DNA of 52,176 nucleotides from a virus (Duplodnaviria > Caudoviricetes). Positions 26,853 to 36,254 of the stretch are shown piece by piece. A program made the translations under genes and the position numbers. The number at the start of each line of letters is the position of its first letter. The stretch's first letter is position 1. The stretch is taken from positions 1 to 52,176 of IMG/VR virus record IMGVR_UViG_3300036823_000134; one strand, 5' to 3'. The notes below the pieces were generated by a model. The model searched no databases and was not told where the DNA came from. It worked only from the letters and a program-made list of their open reading frames with translations.

Positions 26853-29188
26853 TTCTTCAAGTCACCCCATGTCTCGCCGACTTTGGCATCTACTTCGAAC
26901 GGAACGTAGTCGGTCCACTGTGCACCCGAACCAACCATTGCAGTCTGAATAATGTGCGCAACTTCAGGAAGGTTTTCTTCTGAGCATTCAGCCGTAAGAG
27001 CGTCGTGAATAGTGAGTCGAAGAAATCCAAGCCCGACCAACTTAGGACGACAGTTAATAAGAGCTCGGAGACAGATATCGGATGCCGTTGATTGTGGTTT
27101 GAACGAGAGTGCCTCATTCAGTACGTCCTTCCGGTTCTCTCTAGTGATAAGAGGAAAGCGTCGATGACGTCCGAATGTTGTAGTGAGATCCCTTCCAGAT
27201 AGAACCTGACGCTGAATAGATTCTTGCCATGCCACAATGCCTGGGATAAGTCCCTTGAACGCTGCTACATCTCGTTCAGCTTCTCGAGGAGACCATCCGT
27301 ATTCCATTGCAATGCTATAGGCATCTCGGCCATATCCAAGGCCATAGAAGTACGCCTTGACTCTGACTCGCTCATCTTCGGTCAGACCATTCTTTGAATA
27401 CAACTTCGTTCCCAGTTCAGTAAACAGGTCACGCTCTGAGTCACAGAAGATACTGCGCAGGTATTCATCCTGCGCAAGTGTTGTCATTACTCTTCCTTCA
27501 GCCTGCTTGTAATCAAATTGTGCCAGAACGTTCCCCACCCGTGACACTCGGAACTGTCGCTTGATGTTATCATCACGGACAATATTTTGTAGGTTGGGGT
27601 TTCTGCTGGCCAGTCGACCTGAAGTAGAACCGTGTAGGAGGTAGGTGGTGAAGAGGCGTCCTCGATACACACGCTTACGTAGTCCCTTGACGTATGTACT
27701 GTGACGTTTAGCCTCTCGCCGATGCTTGAGAAGTTGTCGTGTGAATTCGTGGAGCTCCCCTGTGAGCCTAGGAAGGATAGACTCGAGAGTATCTGCAGTG
27801 GTGTCCCTAAGGAAGATTCGATGATCGGCATAGAATGCTGTGAGCTGTTTGGGGCTTCGTGGATTGATCCCCCCTTTCTTGTCGTAGTCTTTCGAAACCA
27901 TTTCATCGAGTGCCTCTTCCATTTTGCCTAGTACTTCAACGTACGAAGCATCTAGTGCGGCGTTATGTGTAAGGTCGAACTTGATTCCGTTGAGTTCCAG
28001 AAACATCAGCTCATTGGAAGCCGCAACGAGAAAATCGTGAAGCTTTCGGAGCCCAAGTCGCTCAAGTTCATCCTCGAAGAACGTAGCGAGCTCCCAAGTG
28101 CAGTCAACATCATAAGCGTTGTATCGATAGAGGACTGGTCGAGGGATGTTAGCGTAGGAAGCTCTCTTACCAAGGTACTTATCCAAGTCCCTATCGTACT
28201 GAGGTGCGCCAAGTATTTCAACAGCGAGGTACTTGAGGCCGTGGTGCCCTGGCCTTTCATCGAGACAGTAATGCGCAAGCATGGTGTCGAAGTGCAATCG
28301 TAGACGACCCACGTATCGATAAAGGCCTGAGAGGTCAAATTTGCCATTCTGCGCAATCAACTTCTTCCGGTTGAAGAGCCACTCTAAGCGTGACCAAACT
28401 CTAGGAGTGAAACAGTTCTCACCGAAGACGAGCGCCTTCTTCTTTGCATACTGCACACCAACGCAAAGCATGTCATGCTCGTTGGGATGATCGAAGCTGG
28501 TATCCTTCTCGATTCCAACTTCGATGTCAACGACAAGTTTGTCTGTTAGTACATCGAGTTGCGCAATCGCTTCGAGAGCACGAAGTTCGTCATCCACAAT
28601 GTCGATCGTCGGCGGAATCCACTCGGGCTGTTCATGAATGAGCTTACCGGTGTCATTGACGAGCGAGGGGAAGTGGTCCCCACTGCGAAGACAAGCAGCA
28701 GGATGGAAAGTAGCAACGACCTTTTTGCCTTCCCAGTCACGGGCTGGACCGACGCGGAGAGCTGTGATGCCTTGTGTTGCACGAAGGATAGACCTCGCTG
28801 CGACATTTCCCAGCGCAAGAACTTGGTCAGCTTCTCGGAGGTCGTCGAGTAGCCGTCCCCTGCAAGCCTCGACTGCTGCTGCTGGAGGCGTTGCATTATC
28901 GAGAGGGCGGCAGAGGCAGGCGTTAGTGACGATCGCAGCCTGGCGATCAAGTCCGTGGTGGTCGAGTACTCGCTGGAGGAGCTTACCCGAAGGGCCAATG
29001 AATGGCTTACCGGCGTACGCTTCCTGTAGTCCGGGAGCTTCTCCAACAATTGCAAGACGTTTGGCCCCGTTATGTGAACGGCTTGGGGACTGTGTAGGGA
29101 CAAAGGATCCATCCTCTCGTAGAGGGCAAGATTCACAGTGCGCTCTTGGATCTTTTCGCCTTACTGACGAGGCGCGGTCTTCCACCAT
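26834..29188 (-). CDS. Family A DNA polymerase with an N-terminal family-4 uracil-DNA glycosylase-like domain
   Basis: UDG: CESCPL, GEAPG, PFIGPSG, TNACLCRP, TFHPAA; exonuclease: DIE, NGKFD, YNAYD; polymerase: GRLASRNPNLQNI, DYKQAE, KAYFYGLGYG, TIHDAL. Confidence 0.95.
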   Translation of the reverse strand: MVEDRASSVRRKDPRAHCESCPLREDGSFVPTQSPSRSHNGAKRLAIVGEAPGLQEAYAGKPFIGPSGKLLQRVLDHHGLDRQAAIVTNACLCRPLDNATPPAAAVEACRGRLLDDLREADQVLALGNVAARSILRATQGITALRVGPARDWEGKKVVATFHPAACLRSGDHFPSLVNDTGKLIHEQPEWIPPTIDIVDDELRALEAIAQLDVLTDKLVVDIEVGIEKDTSFDHPNEHDMLCVGVQYAKKKALVFGENCFTPRVWSRLEWLFNRKKLIAQNGKFDLSGLYRYVGRLRLHFDTMLAHYCLDERPGHHGLKYLAVEILGAPQYDRDLDKYLGKRASYANIPRPVLYRYNAYDVDCTWELATFFEDELERLGLRKLHDFLVAASNELMFLELNGIKFDLTHNAALDASYVEVLGKMEEALDEMVSKDYDKKGGINPRSPKQLTAFYADHRIFLRDTTADTLESILPRLTGELHEFTRQLLKHRREAKRHSTYVKGLRKRVYRGRLFTTYLLHGSTSGRLASRNPNLQNIVRDDNIKRQFRVSRVGNVLAQFDYKQAEGRVMTTLAQDEYLRSIFCDSERDLFTELGTKLYSKNGLTEDERVRVKAYFYGLGYGRDAYSIAMEYGWSPREAERDVAAFKGLIPGIVAWQESIQRQVLSGRDLTTTFGRHRRFPLITRENRKDVLNEALSFKPQSTASDICLRALINCRPKLVGLGFLRLTIHDALTAECSEENLPEVAHIIQTAMVGSGAQWTDYVPFEVDAKVGETWGDLKKWPIPA

Positions 29189-29538
29189 TCTTTGACACCT
29201 TTCTCACGCGCCATCAGAATGTCAATATAGTGCTGACACTTCTGCAAGTCTTCTTCACTGCCTTTACGATGATAGCGAAGGAGATACTTAAGTGCATTAC
29301 CCTCGAAGAAGTCCAGACCAAGAGCTGCAATGATATCGAACGGCTGGATAGCGAGTGACGTGTAGTGATCTCCGCCGACTTGCACACGAGGCATGGCGAC
29401 CTCAGTCGGCGGGTGCTCGAGAAAAACGTAATCATCGTGCGGCGTAGGCATAGGTGGTGGCATCTCACCTTTGTGAGGATCACCGCCGAAGCCAGGCAAA
29501 GCATAATCCTTCTGCGTGCGCCTCACGTGGTCACCCAA
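29161..29538 (-). CDS. DUF3310 / T7 gp1.7-like putative nucleotide kinase
   Basis: QVGGDHY...FFEGNALKYLLRY..KG..EDLQKCQHY. Confidence 0.8.
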   Translation of the reverse strand: MGDHVRRTQKDYALPGFGGDPHKGEMPPPMPTPHDDYVFLEHPPTEVAMPRVQVGGDHYTSLAIQPFDIIAALGLDFFEGNALKYLLRYHRKGSEEDLQKCQHYIDILMAREKGVKEWWKTAPRQ

Positions 29539-30290
29539 TCAATCATTTCCTGACAGTTATGCTTGACGGAGATGTTATCGAAGTGATGCTGGTCAAGGTG
29601 GAAGTATTCTCCCGGCCGTGATATGTTATCGAAGTGTTCGACGAACTTGCCGCAGTTAGCATAGTTGAAGGGTGCAGATGTGTCTACGCCGCGAACACCC
29701 AAGGCAACGAATTCTGATCCAAATCGAGAAAGCTCGCGGATATAATTCGGGTTAGTTCCGAGTAGGTGTAGTGCGAATCGCGATCCATAACGCTCTGTAA
29801 TGTTTCTGCACACTGACAAGCGAGCTTCAGGGTCACCCAATGTGTCGAGAAGGATTCGGGGGATGCCAAGGGTGGTAACGTGATCGAAGGAATTATAAAA
29901 GTCAATGCATGTAATGACGTCATTCCACGTCTGACCTTGAATAACTCCCATGTATCGGAAGTCATGAAGCTCTGCGATGTTAGTAGGCCGGTAGAGATGT
30001 TCATTGAAGTCCAACACCTCCTGCTTCGTACCTTCGAGATCGCCTAGAACGTCAGGCATAACAACCTCTTGCACCATGATATCTTCAGCTGTGGCAAGCA
30101 GTTCTTCGTTGTCGGCCTTGTGTCCTTCTGCAGCGCCGTTGTCGAGGATGAGAAAGTCGCCACGCTTGCGAGCTTCTCGGTAGGCGTCGTAGTAGGTCAT
30201 GTCGTTCGTAAGGTGCGGCAAGAGCAGCTGATAGTCGGTTCTGAAGATGTTATCAAGCAAGCTGATCGGAGGAATCAGTGCGATTTTCAC
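29523..30290 (-). CDS. DpdA/TGT-like TIM-barrel protein (7-deazaguanine insertion or nucleotide synthesis)
   Basis: LILDNGAAE, PDVLGD, GVIQG, LHLLG and GVDTS motifs in TGT-like order; sits inside the que cluster. Confidence 0.65.
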   Translation of the reverse strand: MKIALIPPISLLDNIFRTDYQLLLPHLTNDMTYYDAYREARKRGDFLILDNGAAEGHKADNEELLATAEDIMVQEVVMPDVLGDLEGTKQEVLDFNEHLYRPTNIAELHDFRYMGVIQGQTWNDVITCIDFYNSFDHVTTLGIPRILLDTLGDPEARLSVCRNITERYGSRFALHLLGTNPNYIRELSRFGSEFVALGVRGVDTSAPFNYANCGKFVEHFDNISRPGEYFHLDQHHFDNISVKHNCQEMIDWVTT

Positions 30291-30654
30291 TCTTGATGAA
30301 CCTTTCGTTGTTGAATTCACGCTTCACTTCGTACGCGGTAGCAAGATCGATGCCTAGCATGCCGACTACGTTCATCAGATAGATGAATATGTCTGCTACC
30401 TCGTCCGTGAGGTTGGGAAACTCGACTTCGACGCTTCTGTCGCCACGCTCGATCTTCTTGACGATATTGGCGAGTTCGCCGGTTTCACCGCACAGTGCCA
30501 GAACACTATGTGCTAGACTTTTTGCCGTCTCCGGGAAGTACTTCTTGCTGTCACCGATGCACTGATTGGCGAAGTCTCGTAGTACTTCGCGTTGCCTAAT
30601 CTCACGCGCCGTACGACCGAACTTACCTTCGGGGTGATTAATCAGATTAGCCAT
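30253..30654 (-). CDS. MazG-like NTP pyrophosphohydrolase
   Basis: LCGETGELANIVKK...DEVADIFIY. Confidence 0.85.
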   Translation of the reverse strand: MANLINHPEGKFGRTAREIRQREVLRDFANQCIGDSKKYFPETAKSLAHSVLALCGETGELANIVKKIERGDRSVEVEFPNLTDEVADIFIYLMNVVGMLGIDLATAYEVKREFNNERFIKSENRTDSSDQLA

Positions 30655-31180
30655 TACGGATCCACTCCATGAATTCAACCTTCGCAGTGCGATCGTGAAG
30701 AGCGAACACACCTGTCATCTTCGCCGTTGTCGTAATTACTCCAGGCTGCTTCACTCCTCGCATTGCCATGCACAGATGTTCTGCCTTAAGTACTACTGCA
30801 ACTCCCTTCGGGTTCAAATGTGTTTCCAAACCTACTGCGATAGCACCTGTCAACTCTTCCTGCACATGAAGACCCTTGGCAATGTACTTCACGAGGCGTG
30901 GGATCTTACTGAGTCCTGCAATATCCTTATTCGGTACGTAGCCGACCCACACGTTGCCAAAGAACGGTACGACATGATGTGAGCACAACGTATAGAACGG
31001 AATCGGACCCATTGTCACCATCTCGTCAGACGTAGATGGAAACGTCGTGAAATTGAATTCCTCGGGCGTCATCATCTCCGTCATCATGTCAACGAAACGC
31101 TCCGCGGTCCTAGCCGTGTGGGGTGTGCGTTCAATGCCCAGTTCCGAAAATAGATTCTCTGCAGCAGCGTATGGTCCCAC
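30647..31180 (-). CDS. folE: GTP cyclohydrolase I
   Basis: LCSHHVVPFFG, GLSKIPR, VQEELT, AEHLCMAMRG. Confidence 0.95.
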   Translation of the reverse strand: MGPYAAAENLFSELGIERTPHTARTAERFVDMMTEMMTPEEFNFTTFPSTSDEMVTMGPIPFYTLCSHHVVPFFGNVWVGYVPNKDIAGLSKIPRLVKYIAKGLHVQEELTGAIAVGLETHLNPKGVAVVLKAEHLCMAMRGVKQPGVITTTAKMTGVFALHDRTAKVEFMEWIRNG

Positions 31181-31941
31181 TACACACCTCGCTTATTGTC
31201 GTTGAGAAGGATCTGCTGCCGAAGAGTAAAGTTCCACCCCTGATCCAGTACCGCTTGCTGAAGACGACGACCGTTCCAGATTACATGACCTGACATAGTA
31301 CCTTCAGGCATGATCCAGATCTGTCCAGGAAGTAGGCGTAACCTACTTGCGATACTATTTACCTCGACTAAATCTTTCGCGCTTACAATTACAAACTTAA
31401 AGTCGCAACCTGTACGTGCGTACTCTTCCAGACGAGGCCAGATAAGTCGACGTTCCAATGGATTGCCGCTATTTGTCAATTTCGGACTAACTGTGATATG
31501 CATTGTCTGACTGTCGCGGAGATATTCCACTAGCGGCTTCATTGGGCGAGTACCCGCAGTCTCGATTGCGTACTCACCATAGCCGTTCTGGTAAAGAAGT
31601 TCACACACTTCTGCGATCTTCTCCGACTGCAGCATTGGCTCTCCACCACTGAACACAACGAGAGTGTTCAAAGGCACAAGTTCCATGATACGTTCAACGA
31701 CAGCCTGTGCTGACATGTTATGGATCTCGACTGCAGGATCGTACGTCTTGCTCTCCACATGTAGAGATGCCTTACGGTCATCGAAGAAGACTGCAAACGG
31801 TGTATCACACCATACACAGGCGAGGTTGCACGTGGCCAATCTCACGAAGACGCAATAGCGACCAGCCTGAGAACCTTCTCCTTGCCACACAGGACCGAAG
31901 ATCTCATTCACTAGTAGTTCAGAAGCCACACTCAGCCCCAT
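31180..31941 (-). CDS. queE: 7-carboxy-7-deazaguanine synthase (radical SAM)
   Basis: QGEG, VFVRLATCNLACVWCDT, SGGEP, IETAG, VSPK. Confidence 0.95.
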   Translation of the reverse strand: MGLSVASELLVNEIFGPVWQGEGSQAGRYCVFVRLATCNLACVWCDTPFAVFFDDRKASLHVESKTYDPAVEIHNMSAQAVVERIMELVPLNTLVVFSGGEPMLQSEKIAEVCELLYQNGYGEYAIETAGTRPMKPLVEYLRDSQTMHITVSPKLTNSGNPLERRLIWPRLEEYARTGCDFKFVIVSAKDLVEVNSIASRLRLLPGQIWIMPEGTMSGHVIWNGRRLQQAVLDQGWNFTLRQQILLNDNKRGV

Positions 31942-32398
31942 TCGAATTAGTCTCTTGTACGTTTACACGTACATGTAGTGGGCTGTAAATTTCGGATGCC
32001 CAACCAAAGATCGTCTTGGTCAGGTTTTCAACGTTTGGATCGCCACTGGTCATTAATAGACCTGGGTAGAACTTTTGGAAGATGTCTATCTTTTCATCAA
32101 GTGAAATGGTGAAGCTTTCGTTTCCGTGAGTCCAGAAGTCGAAACACTGCCTGAGCAACGGATCGTTCACGTTCAGAAGTAGTCGGTGATCGTAGTGCTG
32201 ATCGATCCAACTGCGGAACTTCTTTTTGATTACGCCAAAGTCGAGTCCACCCATAATGCCATTGTCATCAGTCGGACCCATCAACCACAGTTCCACCTGA
32301 AGAGAGTGCCCGTGGATCTGCTGACACTTCCCTGGAAGCATCGACAATCTGTGGGCGATCTCCGCGTTGTGCTTCACGTATAACTTCACCGTAGACAT
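31919..32398 (-). CDS. queD: 6-carboxytetrahydropterin synthase
   Basis: AHRL...CQQIHGHS, LDFG, DHRLLLN, PNVEN, QET. Confidence 0.9.
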   Translation of the reverse strand: MSTVKLYVKHNAEIAHRLSMLPGKCQQIHGHSLQVELWLMGPTDDNGIMGGLDFGVIKKKFRSWIDQHYDHRLLLNVNDPLLRQCFDFWTHGNESFTISLDEKIDIFQKFYPGLLMTSGDPNVENLTKTIFGWASEIYSPLHVRVNVQETNSNGAECGF

Positions 32399-32532
32399 TA
32401 AACCTCCACCACAATGCGGCTTCGTCATGACTACCCGACACATGGCAGTTACGTACGGCGTAGAGCTCTTCGTCCGTAACCGTTACGTTGCCGCCTAGTT
32501 TACTGATCAGGACCTTGATAATGCCTTCGAGG

Positions 32533-33198
32533 TCATCCCTCGTACTGTGTCGGGTCGTCGATGCAGGCAAGCTTAAAGGCTTCCTTGCGTTCGACGCAGG
32601 TTCCACACTTTCCACAGTGCAACTCTCCTCCCTTGTAGCAACTCCAGGTCTCTTCCCACGGTACCAGGAGCTGATTACCTGTTTTGGCAATCTCTGCCTT
32701 GGATAGCTGTACGAAGGGTGCTGCGACCTGAAAACTGGGAACGATAAAACCTTCGTTGGCAACTCGGAGTGTCTGCTCCAACGAATAGATGAATTCGGGT
32801 CGACAGTCAGGATAGATGGCATGATCGCCAGCGTGTACACCCGTTGCTACGATATTCGCCTCAGAGCTGATTGCCCAACTGGTCGCGATGGATAGCATAA
32901 CCATGTTGCGGTTGGGAACTACTGTAGCCTTCATCGACTCTTCGGCGTAATGACCTTCGGGCACTTCGATCTTATCGTTGGTCAGTGCACTCTTGGCGAT
33001 TTCCTTCATGCACGACAGGTCAAAGATGACATGAGGTACACCTAGCTTGTCGCAGGTAGCTGAAGCAAACTTCAACTCTTTGACATGCTTCTGTCCGTAG
33101 TTGAAACTGATCGCAGCAGTTTCGAAGTCCATATTCCTCATCCAGTACAACAAGGTGGTAGAGTCCATACCGCCCGACAGAACAGCGACAGCCTTCAT
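32533..33198 (-). CDS. queC: 7-cyano-7-deazaguanine (preQ0) synthase
   Basis: SGGMDS, YGQKH, VPNRN, YPDCRPEF, TWSCYKG...CGKCGTCVER. Confidence 0.97.
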   Translation of the reverse strand: MKAVAVLSGGMDSTTLLYWMRNMDFETAAISFNYGQKHVKELKFASATCDKLGVPHVIFDLSCMKEIAKSALTNDKIEVPEGHYAEESMKATVVPNRNMVMLSIATSWAISSEANIVATGVHAGDHAIYPDCRPEFIYSLEQTLRVANEGFIVPSFQVAAPFVQLSKAEIAKTGNQLLVPWEETWSCYKGGELHCGKCGTCVERKEAFKLACIDDPTQYEG

Positions 33199-35360
33199 GC
33201 GTACACTCCAATGGATGTGTATGTAACTGGATGCTTGCCCAGCTCTTTGATTTCGCCACGCTGTATGAGCGTTTCGAAAAGATTGTTTGCATCGCGTGCA
33301 TTAAGATGATACGCACGCATTAGTTCGCTGCGAGTTACTCCAGGTTGCTTACGTACTGCATCGCGTATTTGATCTAGTCGAACCTCATATGCAGTCGTTC
33401 CTACGCCAGTAAGTACTTCATCAACGTAATCTTTCCAGCCTTGGACATAGGCAATCGCGGAAAGTATATGTTCTAAACCCACACGGACTTTGCTTCCCGC
33501 TTCCGGATGTTGCATGCTTGCTGCGATCAGGATAGCGACACGTAATCCACTCTTGCACAGGCGGTCATAGGTTGGTGTCATGTAGTCCTTGCGATCTGTA
33601 TCCAACGCTAGGACCATCATGTCATGTTCTAGTCTATTGTAACGATCCCATGCTTCAGGCGTTAGTTCAGCCATGAAAGGATTTGTCTCACGAAGCTGAA
33701 CGAAAGTCTTCTTCGTTATAGGATCTTGTGTCACGATTTGTTCCTGCGTTGATGCGTAGCGCGTAATCATCGAACGCATTTCGTCTAGGAGAGATTCCTT
33801 CCCAGTCGTATCGACCTGCGTCGGCGGTCCCATAGGCTTAATGCGACTCGTGTCGCTTTCCGCAGTGATAAAAATGAACCGAGGAATAAAGCCAGAACTA
33901 ACATGCTCCGCAGTAAGAAGCGAACAAACACGATTCTTAATACCTCCGGCGAACAAGATTAGGGTTGGGTCTCTGATCTCGATCGTCTCTTTACGGAGTA
34001 CGCGCTTCTGCATTTTACCGTCGTACAGCTTCGTGAGCATCTCCGCAAAGCCTGCGTAGTAGTCTTTCTTCACCATCTGCTCCAGGAGTCCTGAAAACTC
34101 ATCCCGAAGGAAGATTGATGGGATACCTGCACGTACAGCAAGTCCTCCCAAGAGCCCCTCTAGCGATCCGTCAGTTGCAAGCAAGGGTTCGCCATCGATA
34201 TCGTTGAGCAGGTCCATGGCAATATCCATTGCGGTTGATTTCCGTGTGAGTGTGGTGTCTGCTAGTAACATAAACCAGACGTTCGGCTTTATAATGCCGA
34301 AGGAAGTAGGTAGATGAACCCTCCCACTAAGAAGAGCAGACAAGATAACAAAACCACCAGCCTGGTGATATTGCGTTGCCGCATCGCCCAGACTGCTAGC
34401 CCAATGTATGTAGCGATCAATAAAAGTGTCAGTAGTTCTGTTTTCATATTCCTGATCTGACATCAACCGTGTGGGCTTTGGGATTGACGGTGCCGTGCGC
34501 TTCGCATTGTTCTGGTAGGTAAGGAATCCTCGTACGACATCACTCCAGAGATAAGTGTCCGATCTACTATCGCGTGCATACTTGTTGCATTTTGCTCCGC
34601 GACAAAGAACGAACACTTGCTCTCTAGTCAAATCGGCTTCGAATAGTGCTAGGATAAGGTTCCAGAGCCTACCGCTCCAGTCCTTCTCAGGCACGGTGTC
34701 GTAGAGAATGTGAATCGAATTATTAAATCTGTCATCGTATTCTGTTAGAAGTCCTTCTGCTGTGTCGGTGATTCCTTGTGGATAGGGAAACTTTTCCACT
34801 GCGGTATCGACAGCATCTGGATAGGCAGTAAAGTCTTGGAGACGGTAGGCGCCAGGAACTTCCCATTCCAAAGCAACAATGGGTTTGTCATCGTACTTAT
34901 GGTTCTTGGTATCTGGTACCCGTAGGAGTTGAGTAAGGTCCCAACCTGATCGATCGCATCCTTCGTCTGCATGGTAGTAAGCAATCCGTTTGGCAAGACG
35001 TTCGGCGATCTCACCTTCGATCGGGTCATCAAGTCGCCAATAGCCTTGCCAACGGCCTGGAGAGCTCTGTACCACCAACGAAGGATGGACCAGAAGCTTT
35101 GTAGGGTCACATGTATCGAGATCAGCCCAGATCGCAATGCATCGACTAATTGCATCCTTGCTCCTCTTCTTTCTGTCGAGGAGTTGTGCACAGAAGTATA
35201 CGTCGAAGGTGTCTTTGGAAGTCTCACACAACGCTGATGCCGCTGCGACATCCTGGGGATAATTGAAGTATCTTTCAATCATCCCTTCGCCCCGCTTAAG
35301 GAGCGCAATACACAGGTAGCCGGTTTCGTTACCGAACAGACTCCTAAAGAATCGTTCCAC
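33195..35360 (-). CDS. RepB-like (AEP) primase fused to a DUF3987-type helicase-like domain
   Basis: WADLD, QSSPGRWQGYW, LLRVP.T.N.KY; C-terminal RKST, RDEF, YDG, GFIPRF. Confidence 0.85.
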   Translation of the reverse strand: MERFFRSLFGNETGYLCIALLKRGEGMIERYFNYPQDVAAASALCETSKDTFDVYFCAQLLDRKKRSKDAISRCIAIWADLDTCDPTKLLVHPSLVVQSSPGRWQGYWRLDDPIEGEIAERLAKRIAYYHADEGCDRSGWDLTQLLRVPDTKNHKYDDKPIVALEWEVPGAYRLQDFTAYPDAVDTAVEKFPYPQGITDTAEGLLTEYDDRFNNSIHILYDTVPEKDWSGRLWNLILALFEADLTREQVFVLCRGAKCNKYARDSRSDTYLWSDVVRGFLTYQNNAKRTAPSIPKPTRLMSDQEYENRTTDTFIDRYIHWASSLGDAATQYHQAGGFVILSALLSGRVHLPTSFGIIKPNVWFMLLADTTLTRKSTAMDIAMDLLNDIDGEPLLATDGSLEGLLGGLAVRAGIPSIFLRDEFSGLLEQMVKKDYYAGFAEMLTKLYDGKMQKRVLRKETIEIRDPTLILFAGGIKNRVCSLLTAEHVSSGFIPRFIFITAESDTSRIKPMGPPTQVDTTGKESLLDEMRSMITRYASTQEQIVTQDPITKKTFVQLRETNPFMAELTPEAWDRYNRLEHDMMVLALDTDRKDYMTPTYDRLCKSGLRVAILIAASMQHPEAGSKVRVGLEHILSAIAYVQGWKDYVDEVLTGVGTTAYEVRLDQIRDAVRKQPGVTRSELMRAYHLNARDANNLFETLIQRGEIKELGKHPVTYTSIGVYA
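33473..33486 (-). repeat. Dispersed 14-bp motif copy (minus strand)
   Basis: Reverse complement is CCGTGTGGGTTTAG. Confidence 0.7.
34467..34480 (+). repeat. Dispersed 14-bp motif copy
   Basis: CCGTGTGGGCTTTG. Confidence 0.7.
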
Positions 35361-35395
35361 TACACCCCCTTAAGTCTGCGAGCGAATTGAAGGTA

Positions 35396-35433
35396 CGGCG
35401 CCGGTCGAAGCTCTTCGCATCCGACCGGCGCCG
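35396..35433 (-). terminator. GC-rich hairpin, probable terminator or attenuator upstream of the primase
   Basis: CGGCGCCGGTCG / CGACCGGCGCCG 12-bp stem. Confidence 0.65.
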
Positions 35434-35446
35434 CGATCAGGGTGTA

Positions 35447-35713
35447 TCAGGAACTGCTGGGCGGAGCCTCACTTGGTACAGGATCGCTGCCCGTCTGCGC
35501 CGCCTTGCCCGCGACGTCGGCGAGATCACTTGCGCCTTCCGACCCGAGCTTCTTCGCCTCCTCGAGAGCTTCGTTGGCGTGATTCTTCAGATCGGTCTTG
35601 GCTTCGTCGAGCAGGTTGCCAACGTCGGTCTTGACGTCATCACCTACCTTGCCAGTGACCTTGTGCCAGAGGTCCTCGAAAACCTCTTCGACCTTCTCGA
35701 TCAGGTTTACCAC
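35447..35713 (-). CDS. Hypothetical acidic helical protein
   Basis: GTG start with RBS AGGAAAGGA; GC3-rich codons. Confidence 0.7.
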   Translation of the reverse strand: MVNLIEKVEEVFEDLWHKVTGKVGDDVKTDVGNLLDEAKTDLKNHANEALEEAKKLGSEGASDLADVAGKAAQTGSDPVPSEAPPSSS

Positions 35714-35744
35714 AATTATTTCCTTTCCTATCTTCCCTGATCGA

Positions 35745-36254
35745 TCAGGGAAGCAGTGCCGACTCCCCTGCAGCGGGAGTCTTGCCAGTATATTCCAGGT
35801 AACCCTTGATCTCGTTCCTGGCATCGTACTGGCCGCTTTCGGGCTTGATGCGAACCTTGCCGATCACGTGCTGGCCGATCAGCGACTGAGTAGTTGGTAG
35901 CTTGAAGCTACCCTCCTCGATGTCATTGCCGAGCGCCTTCATGAGCTGGCTGAGAGTGTACAGTGCACCGTTGAAGAGCATGCAGTTGTCCCAGACCTTA
36001 CGGCCGTCGTAAGGACCTTCCTGTACCGTAAGCGTTAGCTTCCAGTACGGCTTGCCAGGGTTCTTGCTCTCCGGGCCACAGCGCGCAACTTCTGCGTCAG
36101 TGATCACGAGATGGTAGTTGCCACGCGGGAAGGGGTCGAGCGCCTTGCTCTCCGCTTCCTTGTCAGTGAAGTTGACCCTCAGTTCGTCTGCACCCAGGTC
36201 GGGGTCGACCTCGTTCGAGAAGTCGTCAGGCATTGCGTCTTCGAAGTCAGGCAT
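35745..36254 (-). CDS. ssDNA-binding protein (DUF669-like)
   Basis: P.G.Y..VITDAEV, GPYDGRKVWD, RNEIKGY; follows Sak4. Confidence 0.8.
   Translation of the reverse strand: MPDFEDAMPDDFSNEVDPDLGADELRVNFTDKEAESKALDPFPRGNYHLVITDAEVARCGPESKNPGKPYWKLTLTVQEGPYDGRKVWDNCMLFNGALYTLSQLMKALGNDIEEGSFKLPTTQSLIGQHVIGKVRIKPESGQYDARNEIKGYLEYTGKTPAAGESALLP

Noticed and set aside
30944-31125. Weaker matches to the 14-bp motif (30944 minus, 31113 plus; also 51222)
   Set aside because: They match only part of the consensus and could be chance; not counted
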